A DNA stretch of 64,000 bases from IMG/VR virus record IMGVR_UViG_3300021426_000072, positions 32,001 to 96,000 of that record; one strand, 5' to 3'. The DNA comes from a virus. Lineage: Duplodnaviria > Caudoviricetes. Positions 1-11,154 of this stretch are shown one piece after another. A program made the translations under genes and the position numbers. The number at the start of each line of letters is the position of its first letter. Positions within the stretch are counted from its first letter, which is position 1. Below the pieces are notes generated by a model, which saw nothing but the letters and a program-made list of their open reading frames with translations, was not told the DNA's origin and searched no databases.

Positions 1-3000
1 TTTTTCCCATATCTTATCTCTTACATCTCTCCATGCATCTGTATCTTTTTCAAATTCCGCCAATTGTTTTTTCCAAGCCGTTATATCAGAATCATTGTTT
101 AATCTGCGAGTTTGTATTTCTTTTATGTTCTGTTCTGTAAATCTTTCATAATCAGCAAAACGATCTTCATTCATTGCTCGTTGAGCATATTTTTCGAGCA
201 TACTTTCTTTATGTGTTCCTGGCTTTGTCTGTTCTTCGAGCTTATCTGCAAGAACTTCTATTTTCTTAGAATTAATACTGTTAATAGTATTATTAATCTC
301 TGCTAAAGCTTCTTCGGCAGCATAAACTGCATCACGAAGTTTATACCAATCGTCAGAGCTACTGGAAACAGTTTTCATCATATTATTAAGTTCAGCTATA
401 TTTTGATTATAAGCTTCTCTTAACTCATATTGTAAATCAATCTGATTGTTGATATTGCCAAAAGAGCCAGAATAATCATTTCTAAAATCAAGATCTTTTT
501 CTGTTGATTCTAAAAGTTTGCTACGATGCTCCAATTCTGCAAGACGACGTTTTTGACTTTCAAGAAGTTTATCAACGGCGGACTTTCCTCCACCGCCACC
601 TCCACCACCGCCTCTGGTCCCAGAACCTAAACCATCAATGACGAGTTTTGCATCGAAAGAATCTTTTCCAGCGTTAACCTCTAAATGAGCTTTTACGCCC
701 CAAGCTTGAAGTTCTTTGAGAACGCTTTCTTGAGCTTCATTGAGGTAAAGATCTGTTTCATTAAGAGCTTCATCCAGACTTACACTGACTGGACCGCTTC
801 CAATAGTTATTGGAGCCCCTTTAACTTCGATTGCATCGCCATTTTTAAAGTGGTCTGTCAAAGTTTGGCTAATACTTTCGCTTAGAGAATTTGCATAATC
901 TTCAATGCCTGATATATCAACTTGCTCCGAACTTTCAAGCAAACTGTCAACCAGAGCTTTATTCATGGATTCAAGTTGTCGTTTGTCCACGCCAAGCAAT
1001 CCTGCAACAGCGTTTACAGTTTCAGAATCTCTTTTCCCTTGTTTATACTGTTGTCTATAATATTGATTCTGAGAAATTTTAGACATAGATTGATTCATTT
1101 GCATAATCGCAGAGCTTGATTTCTTTGCGTCTTTGCTGAATAAATCCATGTAGGCTGTTGTTGATTTTGTGTCTTTTGCGAAATTCTTAACATCAGCAGA
1201 AGCCTTCTTCAGAGCTTCGTCAACATTATCAATACCGGTTTTAAAGTTTTCTGTTGGGATGCCTGCTTCTTCAAGAACTTTTGTAAATTCTTTATACTGT
1301 TCCTGATTTTCGGCGTAATCAGCTAAAGAAGTTGGTTTATTTATGCCTTCATATTTGTTAAGTTGCCGTTGTGCTTTAAGAATAGAGGCGAGCTGATCGT
1401 TTCCTGAAGTGTAAGCATCGATTATTGTTTGATCTGTAGTGCCAACATAATCGTTGTATGTCCCCTTTAGAACAGAATCAAACAATTCCTGTTGAGTGTT
1501 AATCTTTTGGAAGTCTACAAGACCATTTATCCCATACCCAAAATTAGTAGCAATATCTTTTGCATACTGTCTTTCGAGACTAGATAAAGTATTTGAAGAT
1601 CCCGAAGTAACCATATTGGAGCTAAGAACCTTACTGGCAAATTGATCCCCGAAAATGGTTGTTAGTTCTTCTCTGTCTCCACCAAACGGGTTTTCATTTC
1701 CCATCTCATCTAAAGCTCTTAATATAGATGTCGCTCTTTCTGCTTTTGAAGAATAAGCATCTATTGTAATGCCTTTGTATTCGTTTGACTTTGAGGCTAA
1801 CGCTTCTATAAACTTTCCAAAAGCAACATTGTCTGTATCTGTCGATGTTGTTACTGTTACAGGATTATAGTTTTCATCAACAAAATTTCTTTCGACAAAA
1901 TAAGAAGATAACAAACGACCAAGTCCCGTATCTTCTACTGCCTGTGTGTAAAGACTACTGTTTATATCGCCTCGATTAACAGCATCAATTAAATCCTGAA
2001 GACTGTTAATTTGTAAACTGTAGATATTTGTTAATAAGGTATCTGCATTAATAGCTTTTTGTCCTGCCTCTGAAGCGCCTTCTGTGCTAATAGCGTCTTC
2101 TAACGCTTTTCTAAAAGTAGATCTGACAGGGCCTTTTGATTTAATTTTTTCTGTTTCTTCGGCTTCGGCTATGACATCTTCTATGTCTATATTTAAATTA
2201 AAAGCATCAGCAATTTCTTTAACATTTTTAGCAGTATTCGAAACAAGGGTTTTCATTGAATCTTCATATTCAGATTCAGCAGCTTCAATTTCTTCTGTTG
2301 ATGGTTCATAATCAAATAGATAAATAGAGTCACCAATTTGTAATATCCAATCAGAAGACAAATCAACCAATTTTTCTGCTACGGCTCTTAATTTTCTCTC
2401 GTTTTGTTTAAATTTATCTTCAGTTAGAATTTGTGTTTCATTATTATCTGTAATTTTATACAAAGGGCCAGTAAAACTAGAATCATCAACCCAGGCGGGA
2501 AGTTCTCCTCTTCCTGTAGCCCAACGCTTATGAGTAGCAAAAAAGTTTAAATCATAATCCTCTAAAGCTTCATTAACACCCTGTTCTGTTTCAGGATATT
2601 TATAAACGCTTCTCATAGCGTTCATTTGTTCTTCAATTAGCTTATCTCTATCTTCAGGTGAAACTTGTCTTACAACAGCTTTAGCAATGTTCTGTTTGAC
2701 TTCACTTTCAGTTTGTTCAGCAAAAGTTTTTCCGTATTTCTTTTCTAAAATTCCTTTATATTCTTCGTCAGACAGATTATCTAATACATATCTAGTTAAA
2801 GCTTCTCTTGAAATTAACCCTTCTTCATCTGTATATGATAATAGATTCTTTAAGGCAGTTTGATATGCAGCATACGGCCTCTGAGAATAATTTTCAGTAC
2901 TTTGAACATTATTAATAAAAGAGGACATAAATGAAGGAATATACTTCTCGTCGATTCCGCTTGCAATTGCAACATCATTTATTATTCTGTCTGCTCTTGC

Positions 3001-6000
3001 GTTTAAAGCCTCTCCTATTAATTGTTCTTTAATTTCTTTTGTTAAGCCGCCGTCAGCTTCGCCTTTATATGTAAGAATAAAGTCAAGAAGCTGTTTTCCC
3101 GCAGAAGTTCTTTGACTCTTTGTTCCACCTTCGCCAGAGATAATTAAATCGGCGTATTTGTCGGCAGAATCAATGTAATCTAAATCAGCAGGAAGATTAA
3201 TCAGCTTTTTATCGTAGATATATTTTAATGTTTCTCGCATCCATTCGCCAACGGAATTTTCCATAAAATTTTCAGGACTTGAATAATCCATCATTCCAAT
3301 TCCGGTGCTGACATGATGTTCATGAGAAAGATAAGATTGAAGATTTCCAGACGCTAAAGCATATTCAAGATTTGAACTAATATCAAAAGGGTTTGAACCA
3401 TATTTTAATTCTGTGTCAATTATATTAGCAGTATTACGACCTTTTCTCTTATTGTTTTCTGTTTCAAATTCTTTCATTTTAGTAATAAGAGCGTCGTAAT
3501 TGCCTATTAATCCTTGAACTTCCGATCCTACGTGCCCAAATTCTCCAGCCAAAGAGCCTAAGTTGGCTTCAAGCTGGGTTGTTTCATCTGAAGTTAATCC
3601 TGTTACCGAGTTTGATTTTTCAATAAGACTCTTAGTTTCTTCTATGATTTGATCTACTCCAGATGTGCGATCAGATATCTGTTTGATTTGAGATTTTCTT
3701 ATAGTTCTTTCTTCTTCTTTTTCAAGAATTGCATTATCACTTTTTCGTTTTTGTTCTCCTATCGAGCTAACAATCCCAGTTGTAATGAGTGCAATACCAG
3801 TAAAAAGCGCAGCCCAAGGTTTGGCAGCAATCATCATTGCTCCTAAGGCAATCCCAAGAATCTTTATAGCCCCAGACAAGGCTCCAGTTGCTTTCTCTGC
3901 TGCTGTAATATTCTGAATTGTTTCAGATAAGAAATCGAGAAAACCTGTAGCAGTTTCAGATAATTCAAAAGAACTAATTAAATTATCAAATGCTGTTTTA
4001 ACATTATTTAACTTTGCTTCTAATGAATCAAGATAATTTTCATACTTACGGTCGGTAATACCCTCTGAATTTTGAGCAGTATCAAGATATCTTTGAGCTA
4101 ACTCTCCGCCGTCTTCCGCAAGGCCTTGCAACAATGTAGCGATATTAGAACGCTGTCTGCCTGCACCAAGTGTTGTAAGGATCATGCTTTGAGTTGTATC
4201 GTCTGCATTCTCCCATCCAGCGCCAATATCTTGAAGGATTTGGTATGGACCTCTAAAATTTCCTTTATCGTCATACAGACTAATCCCCATACGAGATAAA
4301 GCTTTTGTTGCAGCCGTGCTTGAAATATGTCTTCCGGCTTCATCTGTGAAATCTTCGTTATTGTTTACTTTGTAAAGTCTGTAAATTAAAGTATTTAAAG
4401 AAGATCCAATATTAGAACCGCCAAGCTGAGTTTTAGAAGTGCCAATAGTTAATAATGTAACAAGTTCGCCATAAGACATTCCAGCTTGTTTTGCGGCAGC
4501 GGCAGACTTCTGCATACCTTTTGATATTTCAGAAGCTGTTGTAGCAGCAGAGTCGCCAAGAGCAACAAGAGCATCCATAGCTTCCTGAGAATTATCTACA
4601 AGCCCATTTTGAAGAGCTGTAGTGATAATCTTTGATGCTTCTGTTGTTTTTATTCCTGCGACCTTGGAGAACTTAATCACATCGTCAAGTCGAGCGTCTA
4701 CTTCTTCATCACTCAAACCTTGTCTATAAAGATTTGATGCCGCTGAAGTGACTTCTGTTACAGTAGATCCAGAAGTTTGAGCTGTTCTAATCAGCTTATC
4801 TCCAAGTTGAGAAATTTCTTCGTCAGATTTTAAAGTAATCATCTGAATTTCAGTCATTGACTTATCGTAATCTCTGACGAAAGATGTAACTTCTTTCCGA
4901 ATTCTATACCACAGTTGTCTTCCAAGCATTCTTCCGGCGGCAGAAGCAAGGTTTGAAACTGTTGTCATTGCAGCGTTCATTGCGTTCTGGCCCGAAGAGA
5001 AATTCTTTTGTTCAGCTTCCGCTGCTCTTAAAGCTTCTGTATATCCTTTAATTTTCTCCTCTGCTTGTGCGATGTTTTTGTTTAAGCTTTTATCTTGTTC
5101 TGCATTTCCTGTTAATTGAGACCTCCAAAGATTTATATTGCCTCGTTCGTCTGCAATTTTATTACTGTATGCTTGAGCTTGATTTTCTAAACTAATACGG
5201 TAATTCTCATCTTGGTTGTAAAGCTGCATAAAACGAGAACGAGAACGTCTCATTCTTCGTTGCTGCTTGTATCGATCATATTGTTGTTCTTGCTGTGCAA
5301 GAGCCATATCATTCTGACGAGAAATTGAAGCTATTTGATTCTGTCTTGTTATGTCAAAAGCATCATTTTGTCTTTGCAAATCTTCATTTAAAATCTTTTC
5401 GTAATCTTCTTTGGAGAAAGAATTTAACAATGTAGATAATTCGTCATATTTATCTTTTCCAATCTTATCGTTTGCTCTAAGATTATCTAAAGATCTGCGA
5501 AGAATATCTTGTTGCTTTTCAAACTTCGAAGCCGACAATTTTATTTTGTCTTTTGGATTTGCATTTTTGCCTTGAGATGAGAGTATGAACTTAGAAATAT
5601 CTTCGCTCATTATTTCTTCTGCATCTTCTAATAACATTTGTTCGTATTCTTCTTTTAATTCATATGCAGAATTTAAAGCTGTTTCTGCTTTTGTTAAAGC
5701 TGCTTTATCTTCGTCCGTTGGCTTTGTTCCTGCTTTTTCTTTTAATATATCGTAAGCAGATCTTGCCCGTTCGATATTCTCATCAATTTCCTTTTGTTCG
5801 TTTACTATCTTTCTTGCACTACTTGTTGTTTTTCGATTTAAAATTCTGTTGAACACATCTTCATTAAACGCAACAAAATCGCCAGAAGCTCCAGCTCTTA
5901 ATGTCTGTTCAAACTGTTGATTCGCTAAATCAAAAGAAGTAGAAAATAATGCAAGTTCTTCATCAGAAGCTCCAATTCGAGATAATGTATTACGAAGATC

Positions 6001-9000
6001 TTCATAATGATCTTGACCTAATTGGAACTTAAAATTATCCCACTGTGTAGAAGGCTTTTTTGCCGTCTTTTGTTCATATTTTCTACTCATCGACGCCATG
6101 CGTCCACGAAGCTCTTCATATAAGTCTACTGTTTCATCAATATGCTGTCTTCCAGAAAATGCCTTTGTTAAGTCCGGCTTATCCACCTGCGTAACAGGCA
6201 CAGAGCCTTCAAATGAATACAGAGGAGGAACAGGAGGTTGGTTATTAGATCCTCCTCCTCTATTATTCTGGAGAGGTAATTCAGGCGAGTTTAATGAATG
6301 ATTAGATTGAAAAGAAAAAACTCCAGGCAACGCATATTTATTGAAATATCCCTGTCTGATTTCATGGAATGGATCAGGGTTATTCATAAGATTGATTGCA
6401 GCAGAAGAAAGGTTACGCATACGCTCTTCTACGCTGCTAATCATTTCTGTAGTAATCGGAACAGATCTTGTTTCAAGTTTTCCGTTGCCATAAGAGATTA
6501 TTCCTGCATGAGTTGCTTTGTTGTCACCTGCATACAAAACGGGCTGATCGTATCTGTGACTTTGTCCAGTCTTTTCGTCAATCCACTCAAGAGACTTATC
6601 GTGAGTAAAACCTTCTTTTGCATCCCAGTTTGTAATAGCTCCAGTCCTTGGATCACGAGTAACAAGATCGATATAGCCAACAGAATCAAGCCGACGACCT
6701 AATTTATCGACACCAAGATTTGGATGGACAATACCGCCATTTTTCTCAGCACCAATAATTTCTAAGTCTTTCATGAAATCTGGCAGGCTACGTACAGAAC
6801 TAACAATAGATTGATAGCGCTGTTTTACTTTTGCATCATATAGTTTGCTATCTTCTGTTGGTAATTCGGGGAACAAAGATAATTTTTTCCCTGTTTTTTC
6901 GTCTACCCAATTAAGCAAATAATCGTTTAATAACGCCTCATATTCGTCTGGCGTGCCATAATCATTTTGATTTTTCATTCTTCTGCCAGCCCAAGTTTCT
7001 TGAACTTTATGATAAGCAGAACCAAGAAGCATTAAAGGAGTTATTTCATCAGGAATTCCCGCAATGTATCTGGTGTACCAATTCTCTCCGCCGCTGGCGC
7101 TTTTTTCAATAGTGTGTAATTGGCTCCATGAATACTGACGAGTATTTGCTTTATTTACGGCTTCTGCAATAGCTTCTTGCCGAGCAATATTTTCAGAAGT
7201 AGCCAGTAATTGAGGATCTGCCCCTGAAAGAACAATACTCTTAGAAAGGAGAGCATCCTGTTCAGTATCAAATGCACTTGCAAAATTAGAACGAGAACCA
7301 GTTAGACGACCTTTCGCTAATCCAGAAGAACTAATAAATCCATCTTTTCTATTTGCAGCTTCTTCTGTTATACCATATCCGTGTAAAAATTCTAATCGTT
7401 TCTTTTGAAGCTCAGTTTCATAAAGCTGATTTCTCAAGTATTCCTTTTGAGCTTGAGAAATTCCCGGACGATTATACTCATCAGAAACTAATCCCGCCCA
7501 ATTTGCGTACAATCCTTTTAATTCGTTTTCATCTTTCGTAGAAACAATTTGAGCTTTATTAGAAGCGATTTGAGCCATCAAAGAATTATTTTTACGAAGA
7601 TATTGTGCTTTAGCTTTATCTGCGGGATTATTAGATGATTCAAGCGCATCTAATCCTTGTAAAAATTCTTGAGCTTGAATAAAAGATTCAATCATGTCAT
7701 TGCTAAAAGCACTATCCATTCCCGCTGCCAACATACTTGTTGTTAAATTTGAATAACGAGATGGAAAATTCACTTTTGAAAAATCTTTAACATTCGAAAA
7801 ATCACTGTTTTGAATTGCAGCATGTAAATTTTTAAACATACTGACATAAGGTGTTCCAAGATTTTTCGCGCCTCTTGCATAATGAGACCAAGAAGCAAGA
7901 ACACCAGTTTTGGCAAAAGTTGTATCGATATCGTACATTGCACGAAGATCAACGCCAGCCTGTCTTGCAAACTTAGCCCATTCAGGATCAAGCCAGTTCC
8001 CCTGAGAAAGAGCATCTCCAGCGTTGGAAACTCCAGCCATATCTAAAACAGAAGCTGCTTTTCGATAAAGCATGTCTGCAAAATCAGAACCTCGTACTTT
8101 TCGAGCTCCTCCTTTAAGAGGAATATCTTCTTCTTCTTTAATTGTTGGGCTTAATTTTGCAGCTTCAGATCCTCTAAATTTCCATGTTCTTTCTACTATT
8201 GTTCTTAATCTATTTCTGACAGCCTGAACAGTATCTCCATCGAAATCGCCGCCGCCCATCTTTTTGATAGTGTCCATGTTCATAACCATGGCATTACGGC
8301 TTATACCATACTCATCTAAAAGATTAATAAAATCTTTGGAGTTATATAACTTAAATTGTTCACCTACGTTGTTAGGGTAACGCCAACCTGCAATCTGATT
8401 GTCTGCCCACGCAGCAAGTGCAACAGCATCTTCGTCGCCTCTGCCTTTTAAACTTAATATGTTTGCAAGGTTTTTATTGACAGGAGCTTTTTTGTTGGCT
8501 TTTGCCATAGCGCTAATCAGTTCGAACGGATTGTTAATTGCAAGAGCGTTTAAAGCATCGCCCTTGGCAAAAAACCGTTCATTTAAAAGATCATCCTTAG
8601 CACTTTGAATTGAATCATTGACTCTTGCTCTTGCTTCGGGGTCGCTAAAAAAGAGACTATGATCTGCACTTACTCTTTGAGCCAACGGGTCATCTGGGTC
8701 AGAAAAAAGTAACTTGATAGTTTCTTCTGGATTATGTTCAAGAGTATCAATATACTTTTCCCATTTCTTTCTGTTTGCTGCAACATCTTTTTTACTAAGC
8801 GCTAAATTTTGAGTAACTTGTCTTGAAATAGAATCACTTCTGCTTAAAAATTCTTTATCTGTTGTTACTCCTCGAACACCACCAATTAAGTCGGCAATGT
8901 CAGAAAATAAATCTTGTATTTCTGTGTGACTTTTGCCTTTATAAAACGTGGTTTTATCCATCGTTTTATCGATCAAGGCCTCGTATTTAAGGATGTCTAC

Positions 9001-11154
9001 AAAATCTTCATCGAAAGATGTGAGACCAGATTTCTTATATGCTTGACGAACTGCTTCAATTCCACTTTTTTTGTAAAGCTCTTTCATTTCTGCTGGAGCA
9101 TTCCATGTCGGAGCGTAAAAAGAATCAACGTCTCCATATACATCTTTAATCATCTTTTTAAAATCAGTATTAAACCCAGCACCTTTAAATCCTACTGATC
9201 TTAAAGTCATTGCATCAGCAGGAAGGTATCCAGGCATAAACATAGCCCCGCCATCGAAACCTGTAAGAGAGTTCAAATCAACAAAAGCTATTTGATTTTT
9301 ATCAGGCATTCTTCCGCCAAGTTCAGAAAGAGGAATAGAAGGTGTATGTATTCTGTTTCTCGCATCAATCGGTTTGTTTAATCCTTTTATGGTATCAAAT
9401 GTTTCATCTTGGGAAATAAGATTTTGGAAAACATCTACGCCATACTTGTCAACGAATTGTGTTGCTTTTTCTAAATAAGCAGATTCAAGAGCCAAATCGA
9501 TAACGCCATTCTTATGAATGCCCGTAGGCACATAAGTTCCATTTTTGCCATAGCTGATTGTATTATATTTTAACTGATGATTTCCGGGAGTTGTTATAGT
9601 TTTTCCGTTTTCAACGTCAAATAACTGCGACACAAATGCCATTGTTTCAGCATTTGGTTTTGGTCTGCCGTTTTCAAAAATCGTTCTTCCAGAAGAATCC
9701 TTCTCGTAAATCCTGTCTGAAAGGTCAAGCTGTAACATTCTACGTGGACCGCTTTCAGAGCCATATGTGTTATGACCAGCCATTCCTAAAAGATCCGTAT
9801 AAATAGAACGACTAATCATCTTATTTACGGATTTCCCAGCAGGTCTTGTTTCAGCTAAAGATTGTTTAGGCTCTTTATCGTCAAGTATTACTCCATTTTT
9901 CAGATCATCCAAGGTTAAGGACATAATCTGGAAATAATCAGGACGAATATTTATAGAAGAATCAACAGCGCTTGAATTATCTGCGGAACGTCTATAACTT
10001 CTTGGCTTATCGAGATATAAAGGTTCTCTAACTGGGATTCCCTGTAAAGCGTCGAATGCAGCAAAGCTTTCTGATGCAACATGCGATGTTTTTCTTGCGA
10101 TTGCTTTTTGAGCATAATCATCGGAATTGGAAAGAAAATGACGGTACATCGGAGCACCTTCCAATGCCGGACGGAAAATATTTCTGTCTAAAAATCCTAA
10201 TGCAGCACCGTATTCTGCTTCGCTTATAGGTTTAGTGGGCATGATGAGTTGCCCGGCTTTTCCGTTAGCGACTCCTCTTTTTGCAACACCTGCCATCGTT
10301 AAAGCAGCTTCAAATGCAGGATATTTAGAAGCGACAGCTTTAACAACAGCATAATCTTCATCAGTTAAATTTCCCCCTTGATATGCTTTTCTTTTAGCTC
10401 CATTGCTAAAAGACGTTGTTTTTGGCACATCAGGGAAATTTCTAAAACTTTCCGGTAAACGATCTTTATACGTTACATACTCCGGTAAAACAGACAAACG
10501 TTTAAGCGTTCCTTGAGACGCATCTATTACCTTTTGATAATACGTGTCTCTGTTGTGAGAAGGCGTAGTATACTGAACAACACCTTTTATCAGCTCATCA
10601 ATTTGAGAATTAGATAATCCATATTTTGCGGAAACAGCCGAAGCGCCTTTTGCAAACGGTCCATTATTTTTCAAAATCGACATAAGCGCATCGTCTGATT
10701 GAGGCCCCATATTCCGAGTTGTCTTTCTCAATAAAGAAGAGGCTGTTTTTGACATGTCTGTAAATTCATGTTCAAAATCTTTAGCTAATGCTGAAGGAAC
10801 AGAAGAAAAAATCTTTCCTATAGATCCAGTAGAAGAGAATAACGATTCAACATTAGCTGTTAAATAGGCAATTCCTTGTTTTAAGCCTGTTATAATGTCG
10901 CTACTTATGGATTCTCCAAGCGCAGCGTTTTGAAGAACAGAAGTCAAACCTTTATATTGCTGGACAATATTAGTCTTTGCAGATGAAACATAAGTAGACA
11001 TTGCACTTGGAATGTTTCCAAATGAATTATTACTAAGCGAAGATAAAGAAAAGTTATCTTCTAATGTTTGTAATTGAGTCTGGCAAGCTAAAAGTTCTTG
11101 TTGGTCAAATGGTTTTAAATTTGGATTAATCTCAATGTCTATACGATTACTCAT
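1..11154 (-). CDS. Giant tape measure protein (>3718 aa, 3' end outside window) with N-terminal RNA-polymerase-like and PD-(D/E)XK domains
   Basis: ATG at 11154 with GGAGG RBS. All motifs I translated fall in this frame, and no stop-terminated ORF is listed for it. Tape-measure core near 4870-3800 (YDKSMTEIQMITLKSDEEISQLGDKLIRTAQTSGSTVTEVTSAASNLYRQG). Lies downstream of tail tube and chaperones. DFDGD at 8233-8247. Confidence 0.85.
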   Translation of the reverse strand, partial: MSNRIDIEINPNLKPFDQQELLACQTQLQTLEDNFSLSSLSNNSFGNIPSAMSTYVSSAKTNIVQQYKGLTSVLQNAALGESISSDIITGLKQGIAYLTANVESLFSSTGSIGKIFSSVPSALAKDFEHEFTDMSKTASSLLRKTTRNMGPQSDDALMSILKNNGPFAKGASAVSAKYGLSNSQIDELIKGVVQYTTPSHNRDTYYQKVIDASQGTLKRLSVLPEYVTYKDRLPESFRNFPDVPKTTSFSNGAKRKAYQGGNLTDEDYAVVKAVASKYPAFEAALTMAGVAKRGVANGKAGQLIMPTKPISEAEYGAALGFLDRNIFRPALEGAPMYRHFLSNSDDYAQKAIARKTSHVASESFAAFDALQGIPVREPLYLDKPRSYRRSADNSSAVDSSINIRPDYFQIMSLTLDDLKNGVILDDKEPKQSLAETRPAGKSVNKMISRSIYTDLLGMAGHNTYGSESGPRRMLQLDLSDRIYEKDSSGRTIFENGRPKPNAETMAFVSQLFDVENGKTITTPGNHQLKYNTISYGKNGTYVPTGIHKNGVIDLALESAYLEKATQFVDKYGVDVFQNLISQDETFDTIKGLNKPIDARNRIHTPSIPLSELGGRMPDKNQIAFVDLNSLTGFDGGAMFMPGYLPADAMTLRSVGFKGAGFNTDFKKMIKDVYGDVDSFYAPTWNAPAEMKELYKKSGIEAVRQAYKKSGLTSFDEDFVDILKYEALIDKTMDKTTFYKGKSHTEIQDLFSDIADLIGGVRGVTTDKEFLSRSDSISRQVTQNLALSKKDVAANRKKWEKYIDTLEHNPEETIKLLFSDPDDPLAQRVSADHSLFFSDPEARARVNDSIQSAKDDLLNERFFAKGDALNALAINNPFELISAMAKANKKAPVNKNLANILSLKGRGDEDAVALAAWADNQIAGWRYPNNVGEQFKLYNSKDFINLLDEYGISRNAMVMNMDTIKKMGGGDFDGDTVQAVRNRLRTIVERTWKFRGSEAAKLSPTIKEEEDIPLKGGARKVRGSDFADMLYRKAASVLDMAGVSNAGDALSQGNWLDPEWAKFARQAGVDLRAMYDIDTTFAKTGVLASWSHYARGAKNLGTPYVSMFKNLHAAIQNSDFSNVKDFSKVNFPSRYSNLTTSMLAAGMDSAFSNDMIESFIQAQEFLQGLDALESSNNPADKAKAQYLRKNNSLMAQIASNKAQIVSTKDENELKGLYANWAGLVSDEYNRPGISQAQKEYLRNQLYETELQKKRLEFLHGYGITEEAANRKDGFISSSGLAKGRLTGSRSNFASAFDTEQDALLSKSIVLSGADPQLLATSENIARQEAIAEAVNKANTRQYSWSQLHTIEKSASGGENWYTRYIAGIPDEITPLMLLGSAYHKVQETWAGRRMKNQNDYGTPDEYEALLNDYLLNWVDEKTGKKLSLFPELPTEDSKLYDAKVKQRYQSIVSSVRSLPDFMKDLEIIGAEKNGGIVHPNLGVDKLGRRLDSVGYIDLVTRDPRTGAITNWDAKEGFTHDKSLEWIDEKTGQSHRYDQPVLYAGDNKATHAGIISYGNGKLETRSVPITTEMISSVEERMRNLSSAAINLMNNPDPFHEIRQGYFNKYALPGVFSFQSNHSLNSPELPLQNNRGGGSNNQPPVPPLYSFEGSVPVTQVDKPDLTKAFSGRQHIDETVDLYEELRGRMASMSRKYEQKTAKKPSTQWDNFKFQLGQDHYEDLRNTLSRIGASDEELALFSTSFDLANQQFEQTLRAGASGDFVAFNEDVFNRILNRKTTSSARKIVNEQKEIDENIERARSAYDILKEKAGTKPTDEDKAALTKAETALNSAYELKEEYEQMLLEDAEEIMSEDISKFILSSQGKNANPKDKIKLSASKFEKQQDILRRSLDNLRANDKIGKDKYDELSTLLNSFSKEDYEKILNEDLQRQNDAFDITRQNQIASISRQNDMALAQQEQQYDRYKQQRRMRRSRSRFMQLYNQDENYRISLENQAQAYSNKIADERGNINLWRSQLTGNAEQDKSLNKNIAQAEEKIKGYTEALRAAEAEQKNFSSGQNAMNAAMTTVSNLASAAGRMLGRQLWYRIRKEVTSFVRDYDKSMTEIQMITLKSDEEISQLGDKLIRTAQTSGSTVTEVTSAASNLYRQGLSDEEVDARLDDVIKFSKVAGIKTTEASKIITTALQNGLVDNSQEAMDALVALGDSAATTASEISKGMQKSAAAAKQAGMSYGELVTLLTIGTSKTQLGGSNIGSSLNTLIYRLYKVNNNEDFTDEAGRHISSTAATKALSRMGISLYDDKGNFRGPYQILQDIGAGWENADDTTQSMILTTLGAGRQRSNIATLLQGLAEDGGELAQRYLDTAQNSEGITDRKYENYLDSLEAKLNNVKTAFDNLISSFELSETATGFLDFLSETIQNITAAEKATGALSGAIKILGIALGAMMIAAKPWAALFTGIALITTGIVSSIGEQKRKSDNAILEKEEERTIRKSQIKQISDRTSGVDQIIEETKSLIEKSNSVTGLTSDETTQLEANLGSLAGEFGHVGSEVQGLIGNYDALITKMKEFETENNKRKGRNTANIIDTELKYGSNPFDISSNLEYALASGNLQSYLSHEHHVSTGIGMMDYSSPENFMENSVGEWMRETLKYIYDKKLINLPADLDYIDSADKYADLIISGEGGTKSQRTSAGKQLLDFILTYKGEADGGLTKEIKEQLIGEALNARADRIINDVAIASGIDEKYIPSFMSSFINNVQSTENYSQRPYAAYQTALKNLLSYTDEEGLISREALTRYVLDNLSDEEYKGILEKKYGKTFAEQTESEVKQNIAKAVVRQVSPEDRDKLIEEQMNAMRSVYKYPETEQGVNEALEDYDLNFFATHKRWATGRGELPAWVDDSSFTGPLYKITDNNETQILTEDKFKQNERKLRAVAEKLVDLSSDWILQIGDSIYLFDYEPSTEEIEAAESEYEDSMKTLVSNTAKNVKEIADAFNLNIDIEDVIAEAEETEKIKSKGPVRSTFRKALEDAISTEGASEAGQKAINADTLLTNIYSLQINSLQDLIDAVNRGDINSSLYTQAVEDTGLGRLLSSYFVERNFVDENYNPVTVTTSTDTDNVAFGKFIEALASKSNEYKGITIDAYSSKAERATSILRALDEMGNENPFGGDREELTTIFGDQFASKVLSSNMVTSGSSNTLSSLERQYAKDIATNFGYGINGLVDFQKINTQQELFDSVLKGTYNDYVGTTDQTIIDAYTSGNDQLASILKAQRQLNKYEGINKPTSLADYAENQEQYKEFTKVLEEAGIPTENFKTGIDNVDEALKKASADVKNFAKDTKSTTAYMDLFSKDAKKSSSAIMQMNQSMSKISQNQYYRQQYKQGKRDSETVNAVAGLLGVDKRQLESMNKALVDSLLESSEQVDISGIEDYANSLSESISQTLTDHFKNGDAIEVKGAPITIGSGPVSVSLDEALNETDLYLNEAQESVLKELQAWGVKAHLEVNAGKDSFDAKLVIDGLGSGTRGGGGGGGGGKSAVDKLLESQKRRLAELEHRSKLLESTEKDLDFRNDYSGSFGNINNQIDLQYELREAYNQNIAELNNMMKTVSSSSDDWYKLRDAVYAAEEALAEINNTINSINSKKIEVLADKLEEQTKPGTHKESMLEKYAQRAMNEDRFADYERFTEQNIKEIQTRRLNNDSDITAWKKQLAEFEKDTDAWRDVRDKIWEK

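Noticed and set aside
112-10157. Short ORFs listed in the track across 0.1-10 kb
   Set aside because: They are antisense or out-of-frame shadows of the giant tape measure ORF.
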